Positions 19,266-30,473 are shown, numbered from the stretch's first letter. The stretch: 64,000 bases of DNA from Candidatus Melainabacteria bacterium 17Bon1m (GCA_032128875.1 JAVLKG010000002.1:256001-320000); one strand, 5' to 3'. Notes: a model not told the origin generated them from the sequence alone. Made by a program: numbers and translations.

Positions 19266-21242
19266 ATGAACACAACTCTCACCGATGTAATCTGGCAACC
19301 CAAGGGCGAATACCTCGAATGTCGTGCAGCAGACTTCATCAAGAAGCACGACCTAAAAGATTGGAAGGACCTTATCAAGAGATCGACCGACGACATTGAA
19401 TGGTTCTGGACGGCGGCACTTGATTACATGGGAATGCGCTTCAATCGCAAGTATGACCGCATTCTCGACATGTCAAAAGGTATGGAATGGGCGCAGTGGT
19501 TCGTTGGCGGTGAGCTGAACATCTACGACAACTGCATCGACTGGCATTTGAAAAAAGGACAAAAGGAAGGTGTTCGAACCAGCGTCGGCGCCGATCACGA
19601 GGCTGTGATCTGGGAAGGCGAAGACGGAAGAATTCGCAAGCTGACTTATGGCGAATTGGACGAAATGGCATCGCGCACAGCTGGACTGTTGAAGCGCCTT
19701 GGCGTGGGCAAAGGTGATGCAGTAGGCATGTACATGCCGATGGTTCCTGAAGTGGTCGCTGTTCTTCTGGCTTGCTTCAAGATTGGTGCAGTCGCGGTTC
19801 CAGTATTCTCTGGATTCGGTGCAGAAGCGCTTCGCAGCCGTCTTGAAGATTCCGAAGCAAAAGTACTTTTCACTGCAGACGGCGGTTCGCGTCGCGGCAA
19901 ACTCATTCCTATTAAAGAGAATGCGGACAAAGCAGTAGAAGGTCTCGCTCATCTGAAGCACACCGTCGTTCTGAAACACATGGGCAATTCCGTTGCCTGG
20001 AACGACAAGACGGACCTCTGGTTTGACGAATCAATCAAAGCCAGCGAGCGTGCTGAAACTGTTAAAGATCTACCTGCAGAACATCCTTCTATGTATTTGT
20101 ATACGTCGGGCACGACAGGCAAACCGAAGGGGACTGTTCATACGCATGCCGGTGCATTGGCGCAAATCTCGAAAGAACTCGGATTTTCATTCGACTTGAA
20201 GTCTTCCGATATCTTTTTCTGGTTTAGCGATATCGGCTGGATGATGGGACCTTGGGAAATTATCGGCGTCACTTTCTGGGGTGGCACCATGGTGATTTGC
20301 GAAGGAACACCTATTTATCCTCAGCCCGATCGTCTCTGGGACATGATCGACAGGCATAAGGTAAACACGCTCGGCATCAGCCCCACTGCTGTTCGCGGAA
20401 TGAAAGCAGAAGGCGATCAGTGGGTGGACAAACACGATCTCTCGAGTTTGAGATTGCTCGGGTCCACTGGTGAACCATGGGATCACGATAGTTACATGTG
20501 GCTTTTCGAAAAAGCGGGCAAGAAGAAATGCCCGATCATGAACATCTCGGGTGGAACAGAAATTGTCGGCGGTCTGCTTACTCCGCTGCCGCTTATGCCG
20601 CTCAAGCCATGCTCTCTGGGTGGACCCGGGCTGGCGATGGACATTGATGTATTCGATGAAGATGGAAAGAGTTTGAAGAATGCCATCGGACATCTCGTGT
20701 GCAAGAAGCCGGGACCCTCGATGACTAAAGGTTTTCTCAAGTCGCCCGAACGTTATATAGAGACCTATTTCAGCAAATTCCCAGGCGTCTGGTATCACGG
20801 CGATTGGGCTAAAGTTGATGATGATGGATCTTGGTTCCTCTATGGTCGCTCGGATGACACTATCAAGGTTGCTGGAAAGCGTGTTGGACCGGGAGAAGTT
20901 GAATCAGTTCTTGTTGAACACGCAGGAATCGCAGAGGCGGCAGTCATTGGCGTCCCTCACGAAATGAAAGGTGAGGCTCTAGTTTGTTTCGTGCGCACAA
21001 TGCCGGGACAAGAAGCGACTGAAACGTTGAAGAATGAATTGAAGTCTCTCGTTGGAGAGCGCCTTGGTTCGGTTCTCAAGCCAGAGAAAATTCACTTTGT
21101 CGCAGCACTTCCAAAGACACGTTCTGGAAAAATCGTGCGCAAGAACATTCGCCTTCAATATTTGGGCGAACCTGTCGGCGATCTCTCGTCGATAGAGAAT
21201 CCCGAAGCGCTGGATGCGATTAAGGAACTCGCCGGTAAGTAA
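19266..21242 (+). CDS. AMP-forming acyl-CoA synthetase (acetyl/acetoacetyl-CoA synthetase-like)
   Basis: YTSGTTGKPKG, SDIGWMMG, WYHGDW, GRSDD, PKTRSGKI. Confidence 0.92.
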   Translation: MNTTLTDVIWQPKGEYLECRAADFIKKHDLKDWKDLIKRSTDDIEWFWTAALDYMGMRFNRKYDRILDMSKGMEWAQWFVGGELNIYDNCIDWHLKKGQKEGVRTSVGADHEAVIWEGEDGRIRKLTYGELDEMASRTAGLLKRLGVGKGDAVGMYMPMVPEVVAVLLACFKIGAVAVPVFSGFGAEALRSRLEDSEAKVLFTADGGSRRGKLIPIKENADKAVEGLAHLKHTVVLKHMGNSVAWNDKTDLWFDESIKASERAETVKDLPAEHPSMYLYTSGTTGKPKGTVHTHAGALAQISKELGFSFDLKSSDIFFWFSDIGWMMGPWEIIGVTFWGGTMVICEGTPIYPQPDRLWDMIDRHKVNTLGISPTAVRGMKAEGDQWVDKHDLSSLRLLGSTGEPWDHDSYMWLFEKAGKKKCPIMNISGGTEIVGGLLTPLPLMPLKPCSLGGPGLAMDIDVFDEDGKSLKNAIGHLVCKKPGPSMTKGFLKSPERYIETYFSKFPGVWYHGDWAKVDDDGSWFLYGRSDDTIKVAGKRVGPGEVESVLVEHAGIAEAAVIGVPHEMKGEALVCFVRTMPGQEATETLKNELKSLVGERLGSVLKPEKIHFVAALPKTRSGKIVRKNIRLQYLGEPVGDLSSIENPEALDAIKELAGK

Positions 21243-21315
21243 TAGCCAGAGCTTCTAAATTGCCCTGTTTTTCAGAGGCAAGATCTACATTTACTTGTGG
21301 CTTTTCCTTATGGAG

Positions 21316-21990
21316 TTAGTCAGTTGTTAACTCCTGGGTGTTGACAAGTCCGTATCTCAGGGCCTTGACAGCTGCTTGCGTCCGGTCGGAGACTGCCAGT
21401 TTATCCATCAAATGTCTGACGTGAGTCTTTACTGTTTCTTTGGATATCTTTAGTTTTTCAGCAATAGCCTGATTGGAGAACCCCTCAACGATCAGCTGCA
21501 ATACTTGACTCTCTCGATCGGAAAGTTCTGCGTAAATTGGTTTTCTTTGACCAGACTTCGGTTTTGACCTTGGCAGTAAGTTCAAAACCTTTTGCGCAAT
21601 TGAGGAGTCTAACCAGAGATCTCCACAGATTACGGCGTTAACAGCTGCTTCTAGTCTGTTGAAATCGGCATCCTTGAGACAATATCCATTAGCTCCAGCT
21701 GCCAATGCTGCGAAGATATCTCGATCGTCGTCATGCGAAGTGAGCATGATGATCTTAAGGTCGCTACGCCTTTCCTTAAGCGCGCTGCAGGCTTCTATCC
21801 CATCCATCACAGGCATGCCGACGTCGAGCAAAATTAGGTCCGGGGAGTATCTGGATTCAACCCTCATTGCTTCCATTCCATCAGCCGCTTCGAAGATTTG
21901 TCCGATGTTTTCGCTTTGCTCAAACAGTTCTCTGAGGCCTGCTCTGAGGTTTGCGTCATCGTCAACTATTAATATCGTTGTTTTTGACAT
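21316..21990 (-). CDS. NarL/FixJ-family response regulator
   Basis: REC (IVDDD, LDVGMP, LTSH, GYCLK) + LuxR HTH (LSDRESQVL..TVKTHV..DRTQAA). Confidence 0.95.
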   Translation of the reverse strand: MSKTTILIVDDDANLRAGLRELFEQSENIGQIFEAADGMEAMRVESRYSPDLILLDVGMPVMDGIEACSALKERRSDLKIIMLTSHDDDRDIFAALAAGANGYCLKDADFNRLEAAVNAVICGDLWLDSSIAQKVLNLLPRSKPKSGQRKPIYAELSDRESQVLQLIVEGFSNQAIAEKLKISKETVKTHVRHLMDKLAVSDRTQAAVKALRYGLVNTQELTTD

Positions 21991-21996
21991 TTCCTA

Positions 21997-23829
21997 TTAA
22001 CCACTTGAATCGGAACCAATCTGCTCGTAAGTTTTTTGACATTGTCCTTGTTCAGTGTCAACAACAACATCATCATCATCATCATCAATATCTTCTTCTT
22101 CTAAGTGTGGGAAGCTGACAGTGAAGGTTGTTCCACTGCCTTCTTCACTTTGGAAACTGATATTTCCTCCAAGGGCTTCAGTAATCTGTTTGCATAGATA
22201 GAGCCCAATACCGGTTCCGCCAGATGACTTTTGACCGAGTTCTCCCTGCCAGTACGGCGTAAAAAGACGTTCTTTGTCTGCTTCCGATATGCTTGGACCG
22301 AAGTTTTGAACTGCAATACTCACGCTCGTCTCAGACTTTGTCACCTGTATTGGAACTTTGCTGCCTGAGCGAGAGAACTTAATGGAATTCTCCAACAGAT
22401 TCGTGATCAGGTGCGAAAGTGCCGATTTATCGGCGATAACGATAATATCGTCAGAGTTTGTCACCAAGGCAATGCTGACATTGTTCAACTGGCAGCGATG
22501 CGCGAGTTTTTTTATTATTTCATCAATCAATTCCACTATCTGCACAGGCTGCATAGAAAGGATTTCTTTGCCTCCTCGGTACTTTGCTATCTCCAGCATG
22601 TTTTTCACCATACTCAGTGCATTTTCATTGCTGTCTTTCAAACGCAGCATTAGTTCGCTTGCGCCATTTGCGTTCGAGCCGAGTTTCTTCTGTACTGCCT
22701 GAATAATGTAGTTGGAAGCTATCAACGGACTTTTGAGATCATGTGCAATAGTCTGTTGTATTACTTCCTTGTGATGCGAGAGAATCGTTTTTTCAGAGAT
22801 GTCTTCGATCATAATGATCACGCTGCGTACTTTGGAATCTTCTACTATTGGCCAGGCTGCTAGATCCCAATAGACTTTTCGCCCGCAGTGTTTTCCGAAA
22901 CGAGTAAAATACAGACCTTTTAAGATTGCCGGTCTTCCCGATTTTACAGTCTCAATCAATTTTTCTTTAGGCATCTCGGGCAACAATTCCCATATTGATG
23001 TACCGGCTGGAAAGTCCACATCAACAAGGAAGTTTTCGAAAACGCCATTTACCTCTTGAATCCTGAACTCCGTATCGAGCTGAAGGATCCCGATTGGCGC
23101 GTGTTTCACAATCTCCCGCGAGACGCTCTGCTCTACCAGTAATGCTTTCTTTGAAGCGTAGATGTATTTTTGAAGTAAAAATGTGAGAGGCACAACGAAT
23201 AGAAAAATGAAACCTCCCAAGCACAGGAAGGTAATGGATGTTCTTTCTGTATTGTTTTTGTATTCCGTGAGCCTCTGTTTCAGCAGTTCCCTCTCCTCGA
23301 CATCAATGATAATGAGTCGGCCCCTCATCACCTCGAGAAGTTTTTGCGATTTGCTGAGATTGTCGGTTGCATTTACTTCGTTGCCGTTGTGTTTTTCTTT
23401 GACTGCAGCATCAAGTGTTTTTTGAAACTTTTGAGCGACTAGTTCAAGATAGGTAAGGTGCCATCTTCTCCAACCTTCGTCATCACCGATTCGCTTTATG
23501 TGCTGAATGCACTGCTCCAGGGTTGCCCTGTCGGATGTGTAGCGGCTTTCCGCTCCCACAAAACCTCTTGTTACATAGGTTTCTGCCTGTAACTGCATGT
23601 CGTTCATTGTTGACACGCTGGTTTGCAGATAGCCCAGAAGTTCTTGCGATTTGTCTATACTCTCGGCTGTTTCCATCGCTCGAGAAGCGAAAAAGTATGC
23701 CGACATGGCAGCGATTGTGACCAGAAAGAAAGTGACAACGACGGTCACTATCAGACTCTTCTCTGGCGCACGCAGCAGTCCGCCGAATCCCGGTAGTCCA
23801 GTGTTTGCATTGGTGGCGCGAATTAACAT
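21997..23829 (-). CDS. Sensor histidine kinase (2 TM, CHASE3-like sensor, PAS, HisKA, HATPase)
   Basis: AHDLKSPL H-box, NLLENSIKF, GTGIGL, GSGTTF; acidic C-terminal tail. Confidence 0.93.
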   Translation of the reverse strand: MLIRATNANTGLPGFGGLLRAPEKSLIVTVVVTFFLVTIAAMSAYFFASRAMETAESIDKSQELLGYLQTSVSTMNDMQLQAETYVTRGFVGAESRYTSDRATLEQCIQHIKRIGDDEGWRRWHLTYLELVAQKFQKTLDAAVKEKHNGNEVNATDNLSKSQKLLEVMRGRLIIIDVEERELLKQRLTEYKNNTERTSITFLCLGGFIFLFVVPLTFLLQKYIYASKKALLVEQSVSREIVKHAPIGILQLDTEFRIQEVNGVFENFLVDVDFPAGTSIWELLPEMPKEKLIETVKSGRPAILKGLYFTRFGKHCGRKVYWDLAAWPIVEDSKVRSVIIMIEDISEKTILSHHKEVIQQTIAHDLKSPLIASNYIIQAVQKKLGSNANGASELMLRLKDSNENALSMVKNMLEIAKYRGGKEILSMQPVQIVELIDEIIKKLAHRCQLNNVSIALVTNSDDIIVIADKSALSHLITNLLENSIKFSRSGSKVPIQVTKSETSVSIAVQNFGPSISEADKERLFTPYWQGELGQKSSGGTGIGLYLCKQITEALGGNISFQSEEGSGTTFTVSFPHLEEEDIDDDDDDVVVDTEQGQCQKTYEQIGSDSSG

Positions 23830-23885
23830 TTTATGTGCTGCAGGTCACTCCTCTTACCTCATTTTATAGCTCGGTATCTGAGGAA

Positions 23886-23919
23886 ACCAAAAACGCTCCT
23901 CCCGGGGAGCGTTTTTGGT
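23886..23919 (-). terminator. Intrinsic terminator
   Basis: ACCAAAAACGCTCC-TCCCGG-GGAGCGTTTTTGGT, just after the 23944 stop. Confidence 0.8.
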
Positions 23920-23943
23920 ATGCGACGGAGTATACTTCTTCCA

Positions 23944-25800
23944 CTAATTTTTCTTTTTCTTGGTTAGTTTCTGTCCGGAAGCGTTGTTCTGTGCTGCTAC
24001 CCGGAACCGAATGCTGACCGCTGAACCGTTTTGCAGGTAAGTTCCGGGCATTCCCGTGCCGGTGGGATACGACACGATGGTTGGTCCTGGAGTGGTCGCT
24101 CCTCCGAAGTCATCTCGTGGACCGAAGGAAGCAGGAGGCAGACCACCGCTTGATGAGGCGTTTGCGCTGCCACCACTGCTGGCGCCGTCGCCGAATCCGC
24201 CCATATTTCCGAACCTGAATTTGAAGTTGTCTCGTCCCGTGGCAATTAGATTGCTCGTATTCTTGTGGCAAATGGATTTGAACGAACTGCCTGGAGCCAG
24301 TGCAACAAGTGGATTTGAAAGCGGGCGACCGCCGTGATTGCCACCATTGATGGTGCCAAGTTCTGCTACCTGATCGCGAATGTATACGTCCCAGTCTGCA
24401 GGCGAGCTGCTTTTCCCTGCTGTTGTAGTGGCAATACTCTTGCTTTCTGCATACATTTGCTTGTGACTTACTGCTTCGAATGGCTCTGGGTCGATCAAAA
24501 CCAGCTTCTGCGTGATATTGCCATTCGCGTCAACTCTGAAGATGTCCATGTAACCAGTAGTGAATGGTCCCGATGCACCAGCGGTGAGAAGCGGGTCTGT
24601 GAGCATGTCAACAGCGTCCTGGGCATTTAACTTGGTTCCTGATAGCCGGAGCCAGTCGTAGAATGATCCGGAAAAGACGTTTTTGATTGTCGATGATCCC
24701 GGTCCACTCCAACTGTTTGGGGTCATTGCTGTGCCGCCCGGATTTGGGAAGTCGTCCGTGGATGGCGTTTTTATGGTCATGATCGGAGCGCCTGCCAGTG
24801 CAGGAGAGTTGAGGATGTCGTATGGTGTCGCGATGAATGGTGGTTTTCCATCCGGAAAGGCGATGCTCAATGTACCCGGTGCCGGTTTGGGGTCGAATAC
24901 GCTGGCCGCCGTCGCAGCCGCCGAAATGTGAACGATTCGGTTTTTGTCATACATCTGGTCCGCTTCGGCCTTAACGACTGACGGGATGGTATAGGGCAGA
25001 CCCGTCGACCCGGTCTGGAATTGCTGTGTGTTCACCAATTTGATGTTGTTGCTGATACTGCCAAAGACAAAGTCTTCTCCATCGTAGGGACAATTGATCT
25101 CTGATACGTAAAAACCTGAGCGGCTCTGATTCGTAGAATCTACAAGTGCCCACGAATTCGGCTTGGGAAGTGGGATATTAGTCTGCACGCCCTGGGAGAG
25201 GCTGCCTAAAGTGAGCTTCAGTGAACCTTTGACATATCGGGAGTCGCCGGTCATGCGCACTTTGTTTTCTTCATAGGCTTTTTCTGCGCTTGCGTACGGC
25301 TCTACGAGAGCACCGTCAATATCCTTGCCTGAGCCTCCCGGTTGTATCGCTGCCTGCAGGGCGGTGACAAGCTTGTCTTTGGCCAACTTCAGGTTGGCAA
25401 GATCTTGCTTGCAGAAGTATTTCATCGTCGCATTGTTTGTTTTGTCGGCGATGATTAGGTCGAGTCTCAGCGTTCCGACGACGGTATTCAACCCGCATAC
25501 AGGCAAACTGAAGCCGTCTGCCGCTGCCGTAGCACTGCCTACTGGGGCAGCATCGGATAAACCTATGTATCCGAAAGTGGCGTCATTGATGACGATTCTT
25601 CCAAGGTCTTTCGCCGCGGCAATGGAGGCTGCTTCGATGGCAGTTTTCTGCTCCTGGTTGCCACCAATCAGTCTTGTGTACGAGAGAGCGAACAGAAGAA
25701 TCAGTATGAGAACACTGGCGGTGACAGCGGCAACAAGTGCGAGAGTGTTTCCCGCTGCCTTTCTTCCCGTACGATAAATTTGTGAGAGCGACACATTCAT
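23944..25800 (-). CDS. Hypothetical protein with TadG/pseudopilin-like N-terminus
   Basis: RKAAG|NTLALVAAVTASVLILILLFAL followed by EQKTAIEAASIAAA, resembling the TadG N-terminal pattern. Confidence 0.6.
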   Translation of the reverse strand: MNVSLSQIYRTGRKAAGNTLALVAAVTASVLILILLFALSYTRLIGGNQEQKTAIEAASIAAAKDLGRIVINDATFGYIGLSDAAPVGSATAAADGFSLPVCGLNTVVGTLRLDLIIADKTNNATMKYFCKQDLANLKLAKDKLVTALQAAIQPGGSGKDIDGALVEPYASAEKAYEENKVRMTGDSRYVKGSLKLTLGSLSQGVQTNIPLPKPNSWALVDSTNQSRSGFYVSEINCPYDGEDFVFGSISNNIKLVNTQQFQTGSTGLPYTIPSVVKAEADQMYDKNRIVHISAAATAASVFDPKPAPGTLSIAFPDGKPPFIATPYDILNSPALAGAPIMTIKTPSTDDFPNPGGTAMTPNSWSGPGSSTIKNVFSGSFYDWLRLSGTKLNAQDAVDMLTDPLLTAGASGPFTTGYMDIFRVDANGNITQKLVLIDPEPFEAVSHKQMYAESKSIATTTAGKSSSPADWDVYIRDQVAELGTINGGNHGGRPLSNPLVALAPGSSFKSICHKNTSNLIATGRDNFKFRFGNMGGFGDGASSGGSANASSSGGLPPASFGPRDDFGGATTPGPTIVSYPTGTGMPGTYLQNGSAVSIRFRVAAQNNASGQKLTKKKKN

Positions 25801-26114
25801 AAATCATCCTCGAAAAAGAAAATACTTCACCTGACAAGGGTCGACGTTCCAGTCGAACGGACATATCAGGCGATTTCGACGGCTTTGCGGGTTCCTGCAA
25901 CCAATCTATGGGTGAATGCAAATTTCAACATCCCGCCAGGGGGGGATGGTATGAATGCTATTGAAGAACGCCCGTTCAGCCACTCCCCGAGCGATTGAAA
26001 AACGCCGAATCGTCTTTGTGGCGCAGCGTTTTCAACTTCGAATGAAAATTGTGCGGCAAATCATGAAGGATAATCGCGTATAACGGCGACTTTTGCGGCA
26101 GGGAGATCGCGTGC

Positions 26115-26990
26115 GTGTCTGATAAACAAAGCGGCGGGTTCCCAGGCTTCAGTGAAACGGAGAATCGTTTCGTCAGCTCTCTTTCACCTGTGTTCGCGGC
26201 GAAACTGATGTTTGGCGTGATCGGGCTACTGGGCGTATGCCATGCGGTCAACTATTACATAAAGAAAAGCGAGATAGAGTTTTTTGGTGGCGGTTATTTC
26301 TACAGATTCTTCGATTTGAATCTGGAACAGAATATTCCAGCGTGGTATGCGTCAGTTCTTTGGTTTATGGTGTTTCAGCTGTCGTTGCTCAATTATCTTT
26401 TGGAGCGCCTGCGGCGTGACCGAAAACCACACTCCTGGGTGTGGTTGTTCTTCGCGATACTGTTTGTTGTTGCTTCTGCCGACGAGGTGGCCACAATACA
26501 TGAGCATGTCGGGTCTTTGCTTCAGGATCTCGTGGTACCAACTCTTCGGGCGCAGATTGCCACTTACTTTGTCAGACATGGATTTAGTCCCGAATCTTTC
26601 GTCGTGCATTTTTCCACCTCGAAGTCTCCATGGGTGTTGTTTTATGCTCCGTTTCTGATTGCTGCCGGAGGATTTTGCTGGCTTTTCCTTTGGCGGCGGT
26701 TTTCTTGCAGTCGTAACTTGCGCCTTCTTATGATCCTTGCTGCCGTGTGCTACCTGGTTGCAGAGTCCTTCGACTTTATTCAAGGAATGCGCAGTCCGCC
26801 TGTCGCCATGTTTCCTCAACCACTTGGGTTGGATTGGCCCACTTTCCTTGATCTGACAGTGATGGTTGAAGAATTGCTTGAAGATGCCGGCTCCGCGTTT
26901 ATAATTCTGGCCCTACTCCAGTACTTTTGTGCCGGATTTGTTGAACCTATTCCAGAAGGGACTTCGAGTGAAGATCAAGCAGCCCTCTGA
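26115..26990 (+). CDS. Hypothetical ~7-TM membrane protein
   Basis: FDLNLEQNIPAWY, SADEVATIHE, VEELLE; multiple TMs. Confidence 0.75.
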   Translation: MSDKQSGGFPGFSETENRFVSSLSPVFAAKLMFGVIGLLGVCHAVNYYIKKSEIEFFGGGYFYRFFDLNLEQNIPAWYASVLWFMVFQLSLLNYLLERLRRDRKPHSWVWLFFAILFVVASADEVATIHEHVGSLLQDLVVPTLRAQIATYFVRHGFSPESFVVHFSTSKSPWVLFYAPFLIAAGGFCWLFLWRRFSCSRNLRLLMILAAVCYLVAESFDFIQGMRSPPVAMFPQPLGLDWPTFLDLTVMVEELLEDAGSAFIILALLQYFCAGFVEPIPEGTSSEDQAAL

Positions 26991-27651
26991 GTGCCGCACT
27001 CTTACGCAGGTGTCAGGCGTTCTGATTGTAAGTATTTTCATCCTGCCTGTTTTTTTCACCTGCGCTTGTTCGGCCAGCAAGGAAATAGTGGTGAAAAGAG
27101 CGAAAGAATCAATAGAACGGCATACTTACGACCAAGGCAGTCGACCGGAAAGTAGAGTTGCTTCACACCCTTCCGACGAAGCAAATACGCACTGGGAATT
27201 TGAGTTCGTCCCGGAGATTGGCGTGGAGCGAATTAGTCTAACGCGGGCGAACAATCAGTTCGTATCAGTCGTTCGTGTTAAGAGGGTAGAAGTTCAGCTG
27301 GGATTGCCGATTCAAGTGTGGTTACCGGCGAGCGTCACACCTAAGGTTTCTGCACACGAAGGTGGGCATATCGAAATTTGCAGATACTTTTATTCAGATG
27401 CCGAGCGCAGTGCTCATATAGCAGCCGAAGGCATTTTCAATCGCGAATTTTCCGGTACTGGCTCTACCGAAACTGAGAGCATGCAGAATGCAGTGGAGTC
27501 AGCAGGCGCAGCGCTGGCCGCTCCATTTCGAAATTCGGTCGTTTTGCCTGCAAGCAGAGCCAGCGCTATCTATGATGACTTGACGAAACATGGGCAGGCT
27601 GGGACAGAAGTTGAGGCGGCGGTCAGAGCTGCGATTGCACAAGCAAAGTAA
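26929..27651 (+). CDS. Putative exported Zn-metallopeptidase (DUF922-like)
   Basis: HExxH motif (AHEGGHIEI) and C-terminal YDDLTKHG; start uncertain. Confidence 0.65.
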   Translation: MPDLLNLFQKGLRVKIKQPSECRTLTQVSGVLIVSIFILPVFFTCACSASKEIVVKRAKESIERHTYDQGSRPESRVASHPSDEANTHWEFEFVPEIGVERISLTRANNQFVSVVRVKRVEVQLGLPIQVWLPASVTPKVSAHEGGHIEICRYFYSDAERSAHIAAEGIFNREFSGTGSTETESMQNAVESAGAALAAPFRNSVVLPASRASAIYDDLTKHGQAGTEVEAAVRAAIAQAK

Positions 27652-27795
27652 GTTTTGCTGGGAGAAGAGTGAGAAATGTTGTCTGCACAACCAAATTCGA
27701 CGGCTTCGGACACAAGAAAGTTAAATCAGCGTCACCAATAATATTGGCGCCGTTCCATTTGCGCCTGAATAGGGAAAGCTCAAGATAGAGCAAGC

Positions 27796-28431
27796 GTGAG
27801 GTGCCTTTCGATGAACCGCAATAGCAATGCACATGACAGGGCTCGCAAAGAGAGTAATGTCAAAGAATGGGTCATGTCGATGATGGCGCTGACGTGTTTG
27901 ATATTTCCATCGGCGGCACTGGCTGATGATGATGCTATGCAAAGCTCGGGTTCCACGCGTATTCAAGTCCAACGACGTGACCCACTCAAGGCTGGTGCAT
28001 CAGTTGATCGAGATCTTGGCACGCTCAACAATGATGAAGCTTCGAAGCTGCGAGCCATTTTTGCGCAGCAAGCTGATGGTAACAAACCAGCCAATCTACA
28101 TGGAAATGCGGCTCAGGAAGATACCAACTTTAGAGGGCAAACGCCCATGTTGGACAGGGTTTTTAAGGGACCGAACAACCAGAATTTTTTCAAAGCCAAA
28201 GCCCAAGAACAAGGCTCGGATAATGCGCCCTACATTTGGTGCCAAAGCGCGGGCGGTGGTTATTATGACTGCACCAACACTTATAAAGGAACTGTTCCCG
28301 GTTATAGGCTGAGAGAGCTAGGCGGCAAATTCGTTGATGGTACGCCAGTTCCCAAAGGTGCAGTGAAAATGAATGAGGCTGGCCACGTGTGGTGGCAAAA
28401 CGGCTTGAGCCCGAGTTTCAAGCACTACTAA
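27796..28431 (+). CDS. Secreted hypothetical protein
   Basis: Signal-like MMALTCLIFPSAALA; true start probably downstream of 27796. Confidence 0.6.
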   Translation: MRCLSMNRNSNAHDRARKESNVKEWVMSMMALTCLIFPSAALADDDAMQSSGSTRIQVQRRDPLKAGASVDRDLGTLNNDEASKLRAIFAQQADGNKPANLHGNAAQEDTNFRGQTPMLDRVFKGPNNQNFFKAKAQEQGSDNAPYIWCQSAGGGYYDCTNTYKGTVPGYRLRELGGKFVDGTPVPKGAVKMNEAGHVWWQNGLSPSFKHY

Positions 28432-28482
28432 AGAGTTCGGTCGATGCCATGCGTCGACGGTGGCTAAATAGACCAGCCGTTT

Positions 28483-29358
28483 TCAACGATGAGCAGCCGC
28501 GAATTTATCTGCCTGGATTTGTTGTAGCAGAACTTTGATATGTTCGATTTCGTTGCGATTCGCCGGAAATTTTCGTACCGCAATTTCTTGCGCCGCGACT
28601 AGCTTTTCCTCAGCTTCGGTCATCTTCTTCAACTGCAGCAATGCTATACCTTGAGCTTTTAAGCACAGCATCATTTGTTCCGGTCGCTCTGGATCTGACG
28701 AGCTGCAGACTTCTTCCACCATTCTCAGATATTGCAAAGCGCGCTTGGGATTGTTGAATGGCGGCGACAAGTAAGTCTCTGCAAGCCATATTAGACATTG
28801 CGATGTTTCTACGGATAAGGAGCCATTGAGAGCTTGCGAGCAGCTAAGAGACTGCTGAAATTGATCTTCTGCTTGCGTGAATTTTTTATTGACGTAGCTG
28901 AAGATGCCTTCTCTCTCGAGAATTTCGCACGTTATTTTTTCTTCTTCGAGGTGGTGTTCGATCACAACTGCCTTTGCTTTTTCGAGTGGTGCAAGGGCTT
29001 TATCCCATTGCCCATTTTCTCGGTATAGGTCAGAGAGGCTGACCAGCCATGTTGCCTTTTGAATCCAATCATTGGATTTTGAACTCTCCATCAGTTGGAG
29101 AGCTTTCTCCGTCTGCTCAATTGCTTCTTGCCGCTTACCTGCCGCTTTGGCTGTGGTCGCTAAAAAGAGAAAAGAGTTGAGCTGGTGTTGAACTTTGAGA
29201 GGCGGTGTTTTTGCCTCTTCAATCTGAGGTGAGCCAACGCGAAAGAACATCGCTACCAGCACTACCATGCCGAGTACAAGTGCAAGTCCGGCGAGGAGTG
29301 GTAGATTTGCTCTCACCCGTTTTCTTGGCGATTGGTTCGATGTGGGTGTCTGGACCAT
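28483..29358 (-). CDS. Membrane-anchored TPR protein
   Basis: N-terminal TM, TPR motifs; start overlaps the ftsY stop (TAATG). Confidence 0.82.
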   Translation of the reverse strand: MVQTPTSNQSPRKRVRANLPLLAGLALVLGMVVLVAMFFRVGSPQIEEAKTPPLKVQHQLNSFLFLATTAKAAGKRQEAIEQTEKALQLMESSKSNDWIQKATWLVSLSDLYRENGQWDKALAPLEKAKAVVIEHHLEEEKITCEILEREGIFSYVNKKFTQAEDQFQQSLSCSQALNGSLSVETSQCLIWLAETYLSPPFNNPKRALQYLRMVEEVCSSSDPERPEQMMLCLKAQGIALLQLKKMTEAEEKLVAAQEIAVRKFPANRNEIEHIKVLLQQIQADKFAAAHR

Positions 29359-30464
29359 TAACCAAACAGTGCTTCTACAAACAGCTCCGGCTCAAAGTCT
29401 CTGAGGTCGTCCATCTTTTCGCCCAGTCCAATTAATTTGACCGGAATATTGAGCTCTGATGAGATTCCAAAAACGATGCCACCTTTGGCGGTGCCATCAA
29501 GCTTTGTCAAAATTACGCCTGTCAAAGGACATACTTCCGTGAAGACTTCAGCCTGTTTCATGCCATTTTGACCAGTGGAGGCATCCAGCACGAGGAGTGA
29601 CTCGAGAGGCAAGCCTTTGCCGTGCTTTTCGATGACGTTGCGGATTTTTCCGAGCTCAGCCATTAAATTTGTTTTGTTATGCAGACGACCCGCAGTGTCG
29701 ATAATGATGACGTCGTAATTTTCGTCTTTAGCTTTGTTGAGGGCTTGGAAAACTACAGCACCCGGATCAGAGCCGTCAGGTAGTCGGCAAATGTCTACCT
29801 GAGCGCGTTCTGCCCAGATTTCCAATTGCGACTCTGCGGCTGCTCTAAAAGTATCGGCTGCGGCAACAAGAACCTTCTTGCCTTGCGAACGGAAACGATA
29901 GCAGAGCTTGCCGATACTGGTGGTTTTGCCTGTGCCGTTGACGCCAACAATCAAATAGAGATTGAGCTTGCCTTCCTTGTATTGAAGCTTGTGCTGCGGG
30001 GCGTTTTTAAGTGTTTTCGCAAATTCCGTCTTGAGGAAATCTTCGACGTCATTGGACATCCAGTTTTTGCCTTTTGCTTCTTTGCGCAAATGTTCGACCA
30101 TGGTTTCGGCCGTCTTCACACCGATGTCGGCTTTGATCAATTTTTCTTCCAGCTCTTCTAAATAGTCGCCATCAATTGGGCGCGGAGCGGACTTTGCACG
30201 TGATGATGAAAATTGCGGCGGGCTCAATGTGCTTACATTGTTTGGCACATTTGAGCCGGAAGCGTTATGGGAAACTTCGGAGGCCGGCGCAGCAACATGT
30301 GTGTCACTTGCGTCTGCTTCTTGAAACTCTTCGGATTCCTCTACCGATTCGCGGTCGAGAACATCATCTACAACCTCATGGCGAGTGCGTTTGAGGGCAG
30401 ACTTTAACTTCGACAGCGTCGAGCCCCAAAAGCCGGATTTTTCCTTCTTATCTTCGTCGTCCAT
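29358..30464 (-). CDS. ftsY: Signal recognition particle receptor FtsY
   Basis: [31 protein letters not shown]. Confidence 0.97.
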   Translation of the reverse strand: MDDEDKKEKSGFWGSTLSKLKSALKRTRHEVVDDVLDRESVEESEEFQEADASDTHVAAPASEVSHNASGSNVPNNVSTLSPPQFSSSRAKSAPRPIDGDYLEELEEKLIKADIGVKTAETMVEHLRKEAKGKNWMSNDVEDFLKTEFAKTLKNAPQHKLQYKEGKLNLYLIVGVNGTGKTTSIGKLCYRFRSQGKKVLVAAADTFRAAAESQLEIWAERAQVDICRLPDGSDPGAVVFQALNKAKDENYDVIIIDTAGRLHNKTNLMAELGKIRNVIEKHGKGLPLESLLVLDASTGQNGMKQAEVFTEVCPLTGVILTKLDGTAKGGIVFGISSELNIPVKLIGLGEKMDDLRDFEPELFVEALFG

Positions 30465-30473
30465 GACTTGTAC

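Noticed and set aside
22058-22100. CAT/CAA triplet run at the end of the histidine kinase gene
   Set aside because: In-frame acidic low-complexity tail (EEEDIDDDDDDVVVD); no frameshift or phase-variation signal
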